DNA of 64,000 nucleotides from Candidatus Latescibacterota bacterium (GTDB lineage Bacteria; Latescibacterota; UBA2968). The stretch's first letter is position 1, and the number at the start of each line of letters is the position of its first letter. Made by a program: the position numbers and the translations under genes. Shown one piece after another: positions 50,674 through 60,130 of the stretch. Below the pieces are notes generated by a model. It was not told where the DNA came from, ran no database searches, and was given only the letters and a program-made list of their open reading frames with translations. The stretch is from positions 4,480,001 to 4,544,000 of the forward strand of contig OZ242320.1 in assembly GCA_965208125.1 (NCBI GenBank). The letters run 5' to 3'.

Positions 50674-51687
50674 TCATTTGTTTTGAAAAAACGCGCGATG
50701 AATGGTGAAAGATTTGGCGACGAGATCTACTCTCCTCAATATGGGAGCCTTTTTTTTGTTGGGCGAGTAAAGTCCTATGTCGATAAAAAATAGCCGGTTG
50801 AGATCGACATCGACAAAAGCATAGCTTTTAAAGGGGCCGCCTTTCCACTCGGCTTCATTTTCCCAAAGACCTTGAAGTACTACAGCGAGTTTGCCCGCAA
50901 ATTCGACCTGTCCAACGGTAACTTCGCCGTGGACAATGCGGTCGCCGCCAAACCACTGCCCCGTGATGTCGTCGCGTTTTTGAATAACCCAGTCTTCGGT
51001 GAGTTGGTCGGGGTGTACATCGTCTTCCCAATAAACAGAAAGCCAGCGATTGGGATTGTCTCTGGCAAGCACGACAAAGTTGGGATAGGTTTCGAGGATG
51101 CGATAGCCAAAGGGCACGCGCACATTCCAACCATAGGTCTCGGCGAGTTCCTGGGTGACATTTGTTCGTTCGCCAAAGCTGTAAACATTTTCTCGCACAC
51201 TGTGATCAACGGCATTTTCCAGAGTGCTGTACAGACGATCGGATTCCATAAAGAGGTTTTCAACGGTGGTGTCTATATCTTTCCCCGATACGATATAAAG
51301 GGTTTGATCTCTGGCCCACACATTTTTTTTCCAGGTTACACCTGCGCGACCGTCCAAAATGGTCTGTTGTACTTCGGGACTGAGTATTTCTTTGACGAAT
51401 TGCGCGGTGGGATGGTTGGTATTGAGGGGCGCGATAACCATGAGGCTTTTGCGCTGGTCGTGTTTGTGCGCGCTGAGAAAATTGACATCGCCCCATGCAA
51501 TTTCATAAATGCGCTCGGCCTGGGGCGTATAGATAACAGTTTCAAAAATTTCGCGGAGGGGGTCTTCCAGCGTTTGCCAATCGGTAGAGTCGGCCAGTAC
51601 GATGATTTTGCGAGCGGGACCGAGGGATTCGGGCAAGTGGTTGCCACATCCGACGCACAAGAGCAGGAAAAGTGAAAGAAGGCGCAT
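50674..51687 (-). CDS. DUF4837-like lipoprotein
   Basis: Lipobox CVGC, NVWARDQ and GLWE....GGPFKSY pattern. Confidence 0.7.
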   Translation of the reverse strand: MRLLSLFLLLCVGCGNHLPESLGPARKIIVLADSTDWQTLEDPLREIFETVIYTPQAERIYEIAWGDVNFLSAHKHDQRKSLMVIAPLNTNHPTAQFVKEILSPEVQQTILDGRAGVTWKKNVWARDQTLYIVSGKDIDTTVENLFMESDRLYSTLENAVDHSVRENVYSFGERTNVTQELAETYGWNVRVPFGYRILETYPNFVVLARDNPNRWLSVYWEDDVHPDQLTEDWVIQKRDDITGQWFGGDRIVHGEVTVGQVEFAGKLAVVLQGLWENEAEWKGGPFKSYAFVDVDLNRLFFIDIGLYSPNKKKAPILRRVDLVAKSFTIHRAFFQNK

Positions 51688-51766
51688 AAAATGGTACCCA
51701 GTGGAAAATGGGGAATAAGAAAAGATAAAGATAATAGGATTTGGAGACAGAAACAATGTTCAAATT

Positions 51767-52882
51767 TTACGAAATATAGTGCCGTGGAAGACGCGTGCCG
51801 AGCAGGGAAACAACTTCGTGTGAAATACAATTTCCCCATTGGGCGAGGTCGTTCACAGTAATTTTGTGGTCGCCCTGTTGCCCGAGCAGGACGACTTCTT
51901 CGCCGACGGAAACAGGTGGTATATCGGTAATATCGATCATGATGACATCCATGCAGATTGCGCCGACAACAGGGCAGGGTTTTCCTCGGATGAGGACGTG
52001 GGATTTGTTGGACATGCGACGGTTGTACCCATCGGCATATCCCAGGGGCGCGAGGGCGATGCGAGAGGGGCGCGTGAGCGTGTATGTGCCGCCGTAACTG
52101 AGGGTTTGGCCGATAGAAAAATTTCGCACTTGTGCGATCCGCGCTTTGATAGATAGCGCGGGAGAAAGCGAGAGCGTGCCCGCACCTTGCGTGGGGGGAA
52201 TACCATAGGTGAGCAATCCCACGCGCACGAGGTCAAAATGCGATTCGGGCATGTGAACGGTCATGACGCTGTTGGCGGCGTGACGCCAGGGAACGGATAT
52301 GTCTGTGAGTTTGGACAGGCAGGAGGCAAATATTTTGATCTGATGGCGCGCCTTGTCCATGTCCTCTGCGCGTTCCCATGCCACATGTGTTGCGATACCC
52401 TCGAGGAATAAATGGGGATTCTGGGTGATTTTTTTGGCAAAGGCGAGCACTTCATCGGATGATAGGCCAAGGCGCCCCATTCCGGTATCGACTTTGAGGT
52501 GTATGCGGGCGCGTGTCTTGTAGCGTTTGGCTGCGGCTTCCAGTGGTGGTATCGCGGCGGGGTGACCGATGGTTTGAGACAGGTTGTGGGCAACAAGGCT
52601 GTCGGCCTGTTCGGGCATGGTGGGGATGAGTACGACAACCGGTGCTGTGATGCCCGCATTGCGAAGGGCAATGCCTTCTTGCAGCAGGGCAACGCCGAGT
52701 GCAGCCGCGCCGCCTTTTACGGCTGCTCTGGAAGCGGGTATGATGCCATGGCCGTAGGCATTGGCTTTGACAATGGCCATGACCTGCGTTGTTGGCGAGA
52801 CAAAATGACGGACTGCGGCAATATTGTTCGCAATGGCTGATAGATCGACTTCGAGCCATGCGGGACGGTCGGGTTGGGGCAT
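51767..52882 (-). CDS. alr: Alanine racemase
   Basis: VKANAYGHG (PLP Lys), HLKVDTGMGRLG, SYG, GYADG and CMD. Confidence 0.97.
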   Translation of the reverse strand: MPQPDRPAWLEVDLSAIANNIAAVRHFVSPTTQVMAIVKANAYGHGIIPASRAAVKGGAAALGVALLQEGIALRNAGITAPVVVLIPTMPEQADSLVAHNLSQTIGHPAAIPPLEAAAKRYKTRARIHLKVDTGMGRLGLSSDEVLAFAKKITQNPHLFLEGIATHVAWERAEDMDKARHQIKIFASCLSKLTDISVPWRHAANSVMTVHMPESHFDLVRVGLLTYGIPPTQGAGTLSLSPALSIKARIAQVRNFSIGQTLSYGGTYTLTRPSRIALAPLGYADGYNRRMSNKSHVLIRGKPCPVVGAICMDVIMIDITDIPPVSVGEEVVLLGQQGDHKITVNDLAQWGNCISHEVVSLLGTRLPRHYIS

Positions 52883-55800
52883 TTAGTAGAGTACCTCAAA
52901 GCGCGATCCCAGATCGGGATATTTGGTGACTTCGATGCGTACGGGAAATGCCTGTTTGAGCGATTCGACGTGAGTGATGATCAAAATTTTTTCAAAATCC
53001 CCGCTGATGGCTTGAATAGCTTCCACGAGGTGGTCGAGTCCTTCGGCGTCCTGGGTGCCAAAGCCCTCGTCGATGACCAGGGTCCGCAGGCGCGTGCCCG
53101 TGCGGCGAGCGAGGAGTTTGGACAGGGCAATGCGAATAGAAAAGTCAATGCGAAAAGCTTCTCCACCCGAATAGAGTTCGTAGCTGCGTTCGCCGAGTTC
53201 GTCGCTAATTTTGATGTCCAGGGTTTCGCGCGTTCCCCCGGTTTTGAGATCGCGCAGAGATTCCAGGGCGATTTGGGTGCGGTTGTCCGTCAGGCGCGCG
53301 AGAATGCGATTGGCTTCTTCTTCAATTTCTGGAATGGCCTGTTCGATGATGAGCGCCTGAATGCCGTCTTTGCCAAATGCGGTGGTCAGTTCGCGGTAGA
53401 TACGGATATCGTGTTCGCAGGATTTGATTTTTTCCTCGACGGCGTTTTGTTCTGCGCTGAGTGCATCGCAGTGTTCAATTTGGGATTGCAGGGCGGCATT
53501 TTGTTGGAGCAGGTTGTCGCGCTGGGCGCGCATCTGTGCAATATTTTTTTCCAGAGCATTGGCTTCTTCAAGGGTTGATTCGGCGCTGTTGATGGCTGCA
53601 GCAATTTCTGTCAGGCGTTGTCGCGCTTGCCGGTCGCGCTCTGTGAGTTCTGTGAGGCGTTTTTTTGCGGTATCGACTTGCGTTTGTGCATTTTTAAGGT
53701 CGCGTTCGGCTACTTGAAGGCGTTCGTATTGCGCTGGCGCATCTCGCAGAGTGGCGAGTTGCTCGGAGATGCGCTGGTGGTGTTCGGCATTGTAATTCAG
53801 GGTGTGGATGCGATCGCGCACCTGCTCGCGTTCTGCTTGTTCGTTGAGCGCGTATTTGGCTTCATCCAGCCATTGTTGTGCGAGGTCGCGTTTTTCTCGA
53901 AATAGGGGCAATTCCGCGAGGATTTTTTCTTTTTGTTCTTCGGCGAGTTGGAGTTGGGCATTTTGTGTCTCAACAGAGTCGAGTTCTTTGAGTCTTTCGC
54001 GCAGGGTGCGGTGTTCAGCCGGGTTATAGGTCAGGTTTTCAAGCGCACTGCGGGCCTGCGATAGGGCGCGCGCATCCGGGCTGTTCTGGGTTTGGTCGCG
54101 CAATTGGGTTTCCAGGGCGTTGATTTCAGCCAACAATGTCTCGCGGGTTTGTACGGCATTTTCGGCTTCTTTTATTGCGGCTTCGGCTTCGGCGAGGTGT
54201 TGGACGATGCCTTCGCGCTGTGCGAGTTGGTTTTTAATCTCTTGATAGCGATGTCTATGTTGTTCGCGTTCTGCTTCGGATTTTTGAATATCCGATTCTA
54301 ACTGTGTGATCTGTATCTGTTGCTCTTGCAACTGCTTTGAGAGTTTGGCTGTTACTTCTTCTCGATGGGTCTGATCGAGTTCGCTACCACACAGGGGACA
54401 CGAAGCATCCTGAACATTTTGCATAATTTGCTGCTGTTGGGCGATGTCTTTGTGGGTTTTGCGCAGGGTGTCGAGGCGTTCGCTGTTGTTTTCGATCTGA
54501 ATTTTGAGGGCACTGCCTTTGTTGCGAATCTCATCGCGTTCGGTTTCGAGGGATTGGATTTTCTCTGCTTGTGTACGGAGAGATTGCCGCATTTTTCTGC
54601 GCGCTTCAATCTCGGCTACCAGTACATTGGTCTGCTGCAGTTGATGTGTGCGGGTGTTAATATCTATTTTTAGATTTTCAACGACGCTGTCTATTTGTCG
54701 CTCCAGGTCCCGGATATTGCGCTCAATGCGCTCCCGGTTTTCGCGTATCTCTTCCCATTCGCGGTCCTGTTGCCTGGCTTTGTGCAATGCTTCGATTTGT
54801 GTTTGAATGGTTTGACGATCGGAGAGAAGTGTTTCTGTTTCTCGCAATGCGCGTTCAGCGTCTCCAATGCGTATTTGCCATTCGCCGAGGCGGCGTTCCA
54901 CTTCGTGACGCTGGTCGGCAATTTTTTGATCGAGTTCTCCTGCGCGTTTCTCAAGTGGTCTCAGGGCGTGTAGTTTTGTCTGCAGGTCTGCGTCTTCTTT
55001 TTGGAGTGCCCGATATTTTTCGACGGCATTTGTGATTTCGGCGCGTCTGTCGAGGATTTCGCGATAGGTCGCCACATCTTGCCGCGCTTTTTCACACGCG
55101 GTTTGTTGTTCCCCCAGGTCCGATTCGATGCGCGATATGTCCTTTTGAAGGGCCTCGCGCTCGGCTTCATGGCGTTCGCGTTGGGTGCGTATTTTTAGCA
55201 GTGCTTCGCGGCGATTTTCCGCGTTTTCCAATTCGCTATTACAGGCATGGAGTTGTGCGTCGACGCTATCTCGCCGTGCTACAAATTCATCGCGTTTTTC
55301 TATGGTTTGCGCGATGTCATCTCTTCTTGCGCGAGCAGTTGCAAGTTCTATATCTCCCTCGCGTGCGTGCTCTCGCGCAAGGGAAGACAAGTCGTCGTAA
55401 TGCGATAGGCCAAGAATGTCTGAGAGAAGGGCTTTTCGCTGGCTCGCTTTGCAGCGCGTAAATTCATCTGCGCGTCCCTGAAGCAAAAAGGCCGAGTTGA
55501 TAAAGGTCTCGTATGTCATTCTCAACAGGGTGTCGATACTGGCCTGTGTCTGACGCACAGCGCTTTCTTCCGAGAGGGTTTTATACGCGTTCGTTTCCGG
55601 AGAGTAAACCTGAAATTCCAGGCGAGTGGTCGCGCTTTTGCCGGTTTTGCGAAAGCTGCGACTGATGCGATAGCGATCATTTTCGAGGAAGAATTCAAAA
55701 TCGACCCGCATTTCAGTGGCGCCAATTCGCAGCAGACCGTCGTTGGGACGACGATCACTGCCTGATTTGCGGGCTTCTCCCCACAGTGCCCAGGTGATGG

Positions 55801-55933
55801 CGTCGAGCAGAGCAGATTTGCCGTGCCCATTGCGACCAGATATGCAGGCGACGTGAAAGCTCGAAAAGTCGAGGGGGGGCACGTTTTCACCGTAGCTGAG
55901 AAAGTTCTGCAGGGAAAGGCTTATGGGAATCAT
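52883..55933 (-). CDS. sbcC: SbcC/Rad50 SMC-family ATPase
   Basis: GRNGHGKS, long coiled coil, CPLC zinc hook, YSGGE and IDEGFGTQD. Confidence 0.95.
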   Translation of the reverse strand: MIPISLSLQNFLSYGENVPPLDFSSFHVACISGRNGHGKSALLDAITWALWGEARKSGSDRRPNDGLLRIGATEMRVDFEFFLENDRYRISRSFRKTGKSATTRLEFQVYSPETNAYKTLSEESAVRQTQASIDTLLRMTYETFINSAFLLQGRADEFTRCKASQRKALLSDILGLSHYDDLSSLAREHAREGDIELATARARRDDIAQTIEKRDEFVARRDSVDAQLHACNSELENAENRREALLKIRTQRERHEAEREALQKDISRIESDLGEQQTACEKARQDVATYREILDRRAEITNAVEKYRALQKEDADLQTKLHALRPLEKRAGELDQKIADQRHEVERRLGEWQIRIGDAERALRETETLLSDRQTIQTQIEALHKARQQDREWEEIRENRERIERNIRDLERQIDSVVENLKIDINTRTHQLQQTNVLVAEIEARRKMRQSLRTQAEKIQSLETERDEIRNKGSALKIQIENNSERLDTLRKTHKDIAQQQQIMQNVQDASCPLCGSELDQTHREEVTAKLSKQLQEQQIQITQLESDIQKSEAEREQHRHRYQEIKNQLAQREGIVQHLAEAEAAIKEAENAVQTRETLLAEINALETQLRDQTQNSPDARALSQARSALENLTYNPAEHRTLRERLKELDSVETQNAQLQLAEEQKEKILAELPLFREKRDLAQQWLDEAKYALNEQAEREQVRDRIHTLNYNAEHHQRISEQLATLRDAPAQYERLQVAERDLKNAQTQVDTAKKRLTELTERDRQARQRLTEIAAAINSAESTLEEANALEKNIAQMRAQRDNLLQQNAALQSQIEHCDALSAEQNAVEEKIKSCEHDIRIYRELTTAFGKDGIQALIIEQAIPEIEEEANRILARLTDNRTQIALESLRDLKTGGTRETLDIKISDELGERSYELYSGGEAFRIDFSIRIALSKLLARRTGTRLRTLVIDEGFGTQDAEGLDHLVEAIQAISGDFEKILIITHVESLKQAFPVRIEVTKYPDLGSRFEVLY

Positions 55934-57171
55934 TCGCTACCTCTGAGTTCGGCTTCAAGTTGCGCCCCGTAATTCTGAAGGTCTTTTTCGATGTCTTTGA
56001 GGTCGGGGTGATTTTGCAAATATGCGTGGAGCGCGTCTTTTATGCCCATATCTTCTGAAATATTAGCTCTGCGCTGCTGTTTTTGGACTCTGGGTTTGGG
56101 GGCTATGCTGGCGACCATGAATGCATCTTTGAGCGCGTTTTTGATGTCTTTGAGGTCAACGGTATCTGTGCGGTCCCCGGGCAAATCGTAGATGACGCGC
56201 ACAATGGCATCGGTCAGGGTGTGTTTGTCGATGGCTTCGAGTATGGCTGTTGTGGGATCCTGATCTGGGTCGATATCAACCGATACCGTGCAAAAGGGGC
56301 GAGCCGGTGTGTGTACAAATTTGTAAGATGTCGTCCGCCCTGTCTCCTGAGTCTCTATTGTGACCATGACGACGCCCTTGGTTTCTCGTTCTTCGCCAAA
56401 ATCAATGCGTTCAATGCTGCCGGAATATACGACTGGAGGCTGGGCATTGGTGTTGAGGTCCTGAAATTTGTGGATGTGACCCAGGGCGACGTAGTCAAAG
56501 GCGGGGTTGGCGAGTGTGCTGGTGAGAAAAACGGGATCGCGCCCAATGATTGCGGTTTGTTCAGAGCCGGATAAGGTGGCGTCGGCAGCAGCGAGATGCC
56601 CCACGAGAACGGCGGGGCTATCGGGCTTGACCTCTGCGACCAGACGGTCAATCAGGAGAGCACCCAGATTTTGAAGTTGTTCGACAACTTCTTCTTGCGA
56701 CAGGTTGTGATAGGGTCCCTGGGTCAACAGACGGCTGCGGTGTAGCCAGGGCAAGCAGGCAACTTGAATAGGACCAGATTTTGTATCAATGGGGATAAGG
56801 CGGTCTTCAGAGGCAATATGGACGCCTCTGGTGCCAAGTGTGCCAAAGATGTCAACAGATGAGGCTTTGCCATAAGATACGGGGCTGTCGTGGTTACCCG
56901 TGATCATGACGATGGGAATGTCGCGGGCACTGAGCATGTGAATGAGAGATGCGAATTCGCGCTGGTGCGTGGGCGTGGGGTCGCAGGAGCGATAGGCATC
57001 ACCGGCGAAGATGACGAGATCGACATCTTCTTTAATTGCTTCTTCAAACGCAAATCGCAGACTTTTGATAAAGTCTTGCAAGCGCGTGTGAAGGCCAGTA
57101 GCCGAATCGAGGCGACCGTAGTTTTCAACGCCAATATGGGTGTCGGCAACGTGTAGAAATTTGATGGACAT
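55930..57171 (-). CDS. sbcD: SbcD/Mre11 nuclease
   Basis: ADTHIG, AGD, GNHD, ALGHIH and YSGS.ER.DFGE. Overlaps the sbcC start. Confidence 0.95.
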   Translation of the reverse strand: MSIKFLHVADTHIGVENYGRLDSATGLHTRLQDFIKSLRFAFEEAIKEDVDLVIFAGDAYRSCDPTPTHQREFASLIHMLSARDIPIVMITGNHDSPVSYGKASSVDIFGTLGTRGVHIASEDRLIPIDTKSGPIQVACLPWLHRSRLLTQGPYHNLSQEEVVEQLQNLGALLIDRLVAEVKPDSPAVLVGHLAAADATLSGSEQTAIIGRDPVFLTSTLANPAFDYVALGHIHKFQDLNTNAQPPVVYSGSIERIDFGEERETKGVVMVTIETQETGRTTSYKFVHTPARPFCTVSVDIDPDQDPTTAILEAIDKHTLTDAIVRVIYDLPGDRTDTVDLKDIKNALKDAFMVASIAPKPRVQKQQRRANISEDMGIKDALHAYLQNHPDLKDIEKDLQNYGAQLEAELRGSE

Positions 57172-57258
57172 AGTGTTATTATGGGGGAGGGAGAGGACAG
57201 GGGAAATTTAAAGAAGAAATAAGAACGTGGAAAGAGCAAAGTTGCACACAGCACAGGC

Positions 57259-59076
57259 TTATGGGCTTACCTCTGGCGTGAGTTTCACTTTGATTTTCAG
57301 ATTTGTGGCATCTGTGAAGTGAATCGCCAGTTTTCTGCGTCCCGTGTTATCGGCTTGTTTGGGATTGGGGGAGGTGGGCAAGGGAACTGCGTCGAGGACT
57401 GTAAATATCGCGTCGGATGGCGATAAAATTTCCGCTTTGAGATGTTTGCCCCTGCGCGTTAGCAGGGCGGTTTGGCCTTCGAGTTTGACACTGGCTCTCG
57501 TGTGCATGAACCACCAGAGTTCAGACGGGGATTTGGCTTCGATGTCGTCGGTAATCACGACATACTTATGGTCAATAATCTCAAAGGTGCGCTGTGCGTG
57601 CGTTACATTATCGGCATAAACATCGGTGAGATCGAGAATAGCTGTTGCGCGATTGGCCTCGGATTTGAAGGTGGTGATAGGGCATTCGGCTTTGGGATTC
57701 TGATCTGGACCATTGCCGGGATTAAAGACGAGGGTGTTGTGCCCTTCGGCGCGGATACGGTAGAATTCCCACCGTTGGCGTTTGTTGCGATGGGTTTGAT
57801 AGGTTTCGCGTTCTGTGCCCGAGTCGATAGCCCAGCGCTCACCGAGTACTTCGAGGATAAATGTGCCCTGATCGAGGTGCCGATGCATGCGAAGGTTGTG
57901 ATTGCCACCAGCCTGAATGCCCAATACGAGGGCATTGGGGTCGGTCCAGGAAGAACGCAGGGTGGCGACATCGGCTTTGCGAAAGTGTTTGTCGAGGGGC
58001 AGGGTACTGGGATCGAAGTCTTTTGCGCGGCCGTCGAACCACAGCAGGTCGAGCACTGTTCCCCTGCCGTATTGCCTGAGCGTATCGTAGCGAAACCAAC
58101 TGTAGTGTTGTATGCCGTAGTGCTTGCCCATCCAGAAGTGCATAGGGGAACTCACGCGCCGCAACCCGCAATCGGCAAAGTCAAAACTGTAGCGATCCGC
58201 CCCCGAGATGTAAATCTGATAATCTCCGCTTTCTTTGAACCCGGGTATAGCAGTGAGGTCAAAATCCGTGTCGAGTGCGCTGAACAGGCTGGATAAAAAG
58301 AGCACGTTGTAACGCGCACCATAATCGCAATAGGTCACGCCTTCGATACCCGCGCCATCCGGGGCGTAAAAATTCATTGATAGGGGGATGCCTTTGATGC
58401 CTGCGTGGAGAATTTCGCTGGCAAGTTCTGGTTCTTCATCGGCGATGGCGAGCGCGCCCATGCCAAGCCCACCGTTGCAGACCTGGTTCCAGTTGTTGTG
58501 ACTGCGCGTCCACCAGGCGTTTTCGCGATAGCCTTTTAAGCCGGGTTTGAGACCTTTTTCGACGATGGCGTTGCGCAGGATGTGACGTTGGTCTTCTGTC
58601 CAATGGTCGTATAACCAGTCGTAGCCAACGGCAAAGGCATAGGTCATTTCTGAGGTGTCGAGAAAGTGATCGGGATTCCAGTCTTTGAATTGCGCCGCGG
58701 ATTCGAGTTCTGCCCAGGCGCGATATAGATAGGGTTTTCCGCCTTCCATGAGATAGACAAAGGCGAGTTGCCGCACGCGCTCTTTGACGCGACGGCTGGT
58801 GGAGAGCAACCGCCTTCCGTCGGGGATGCTGTATTTTGATGGTTTTTGTGCGAGTATTTCCCGAGTTTCTCGCTTGACCCGACGGTAGATTTTGGCGGCG
58901 ACCGTATCTTGAGCGATTTGCTCTTTGATACGCGCGATGGTGTTTGCATCTATCATCAGACGCGGATGTCCGGGTTTCAGGGTCGTTAGAACCTGATCCG
59001 GGTTAGGGGATGTGAATGCTTCTGTGTGTGTTTGGGTGCTCAGCATGAGCATGATTATTATCGCGATTAATTTCAT
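57259..59076 (-). CDS. Exported heparinase II/III-family lyase
   Basis: Signal peptide, HPRL, WNPDHFLD, NNWNQVCNGG, HRHLDQGTF and GHNTL. Confidence 0.85.
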   Translation of the reverse strand: MKLIAIIIMLMLSTQTHTEAFTSPNPDQVLTTLKPGHPRLMIDANTIARIKEQIAQDTVAAKIYRRVKRETREILAQKPSKYSIPDGRRLLSTSRRVKERVRQLAFVYLMEGGKPYLYRAWAELESAAQFKDWNPDHFLDTSEMTYAFAVGYDWLYDHWTEDQRHILRNAIVEKGLKPGLKGYRENAWWTRSHNNWNQVCNGGLGMGALAIADEEPELASEILHAGIKGIPLSMNFYAPDGAGIEGVTYCDYGARYNVLFLSSLFSALDTDFDLTAIPGFKESGDYQIYISGADRYSFDFADCGLRRVSSPMHFWMGKHYGIQHYSWFRYDTLRQYGRGTVLDLLWFDGRAKDFDPSTLPLDKHFRKADVATLRSSWTDPNALVLGIQAGGNHNLRMHRHLDQGTFILEVLGERWAIDSGTERETYQTHRNKRQRWEFYRIRAEGHNTLVFNPGNGPDQNPKAECPITTFKSEANRATAILDLTDVYADNVTHAQRTFEIIDHKYVVITDDIEAKSPSELWWFMHTRASVKLEGQTALLTRRGKHLKAEILSPSDAIFTVLDAVPLPTSPNPKQADNTGRRKLAIHFTDATNLKIKVKLTPEVSP

Positions 59077-59093
59077 GATGTGTTTTTAACGAC

Positions 59094-59129
59094 AACGAGT
59101 TCGCTCAGTAAAAACCGAGCGAACTCGTT
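59094..59129. terminator. 13-bp perfect hairpin (terminator or mRNA stabiliser) downstream of the LRR gene
   Basis: AACGAGTTCGCTC-N10-GAGCGAACTCGTT. Confidence 0.65.
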
Positions 59130-59158
59130 TGGTTATAACCTGAGATTTCTACAGGTAT

Positions 59159-59917
59159 TTAGCTGTCGGTATTTACCTTAACCTCTCTTTTTTTCAAGGC
59201 GGGAACATGCGTGTTCATCGATGCCTCGTTCAAAGCATTGCGCCTGATACTCAGTGTTGTCAGATTGGCCAGGCCAGCGGCCGGTGCGATATCGGCGACT
59301 TTGTTGTTGTTGAGGTTCAGGTTTTTCAACTCTGCCATGCCCGACACGACCGAAATATCCGCGACTTTGTTGCCAGAAAGATTCAGCGTTCTCAGTTTGG
59401 TCAAGCCCGACAATGCCGAAATATCAGAAACGTTGCGATTCGCAGTGAGATGCAACGTTCTTAGATTGGTTAATTTAGCAAGTGCCGATATGTCGGATAC
59501 ATTATTGCGGGTCAGATTCAGCGTTCTCAGTTTTTTCAAACTCGAGAGTGCCGAAAGGTCTGAGACAGCGTTGCTGTTGACAACCTTATTTTCCACGCGC
59601 GTAGCACCGAGGTTCAGTACTGTCAAATTTTTTGCATGCTCGAGTCCGCTCAAATCACTGATGTTTGCATTTTGCGCGAAAAGGCGTCTCAATTTTGCCA
59701 TGTCAGCCGTAGTGATTATGTCATCGCTCGCCTTGCCGAGGGAATCCGCAATGACCGCACGCAGATTAGCGTCGGCGATCATGACTGGTTTTGGCTCCAT
59801 TTTTTTAGCAGCGCTCTCGCTTTTTTGCTCGCTCTTTAGATGGTGGCCTGCGTCACTCGCGCTATAGCTGCATGCAATGAGGAGTGCGAGAATCAGGGGG
59901 AGATGTCGATACTTCAT
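59159..59917 (-). CDS. Exported internalin-like leucine-rich repeat protein
   Basis: GGAGG RBS, signal or lipobox (LIAC), cap DANLRAVI, and about 7 repeats of 22 aa of the L..L.L..N.V.DIS.L type. Confidence 0.92.
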   Translation of the reverse strand: MKYRHLPLILALLIACSYSASDAGHHLKSEQKSESAAKKMEPKPVMIADANLRAVIADSLGKASDDIITTADMAKLRRLFAQNANISDLSGLEHAKNLTVLNLGATRVENKVVNSNAVSDLSALSSLKKLRTLNLTRNNVSDISALAKLTNLRTLHLTANRNVSDISALSGLTKLRTLNLSGNKVADISVVSGMAELKNLNLNNNKVADIAPAAGLANLTTLSIRRNALNEASMNTHVPALKKREVKVNTDS

Positions 59918-60130
59918 GGTTTTACCTCCAGATGGGGGTGAATGAGGCACGCAAAGTGCCCACACTAAATGGATGAAATACTGAGCACATTGACGTAACA
60001 GCTTACGAGAGATTTTCTCCTTTCTGTTGGAAATGGATGTTCCTGTGTGCTCTAATCAAAAGTATGATAATATAAAAACGGTTGATTGGTCAACAAAAAA
60101 TAATAGGTAAGATAAGAGGAGAGGGAGTGG

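Noticed and set aside
52883-57171. SMC-based defence system (Wadjet/Lamassu)
   Set aside because: The zinc hook plus an adjacent Mre11-type nuclease is the ordinary SbcCD arrangement.
59200-59700. CRISPR-like or tandem DNA repeat array
   Set aside because: The 66-nt periodicity is explained by LRR coding repeats. There are no spacer-separated identical repeats and no cas genes.
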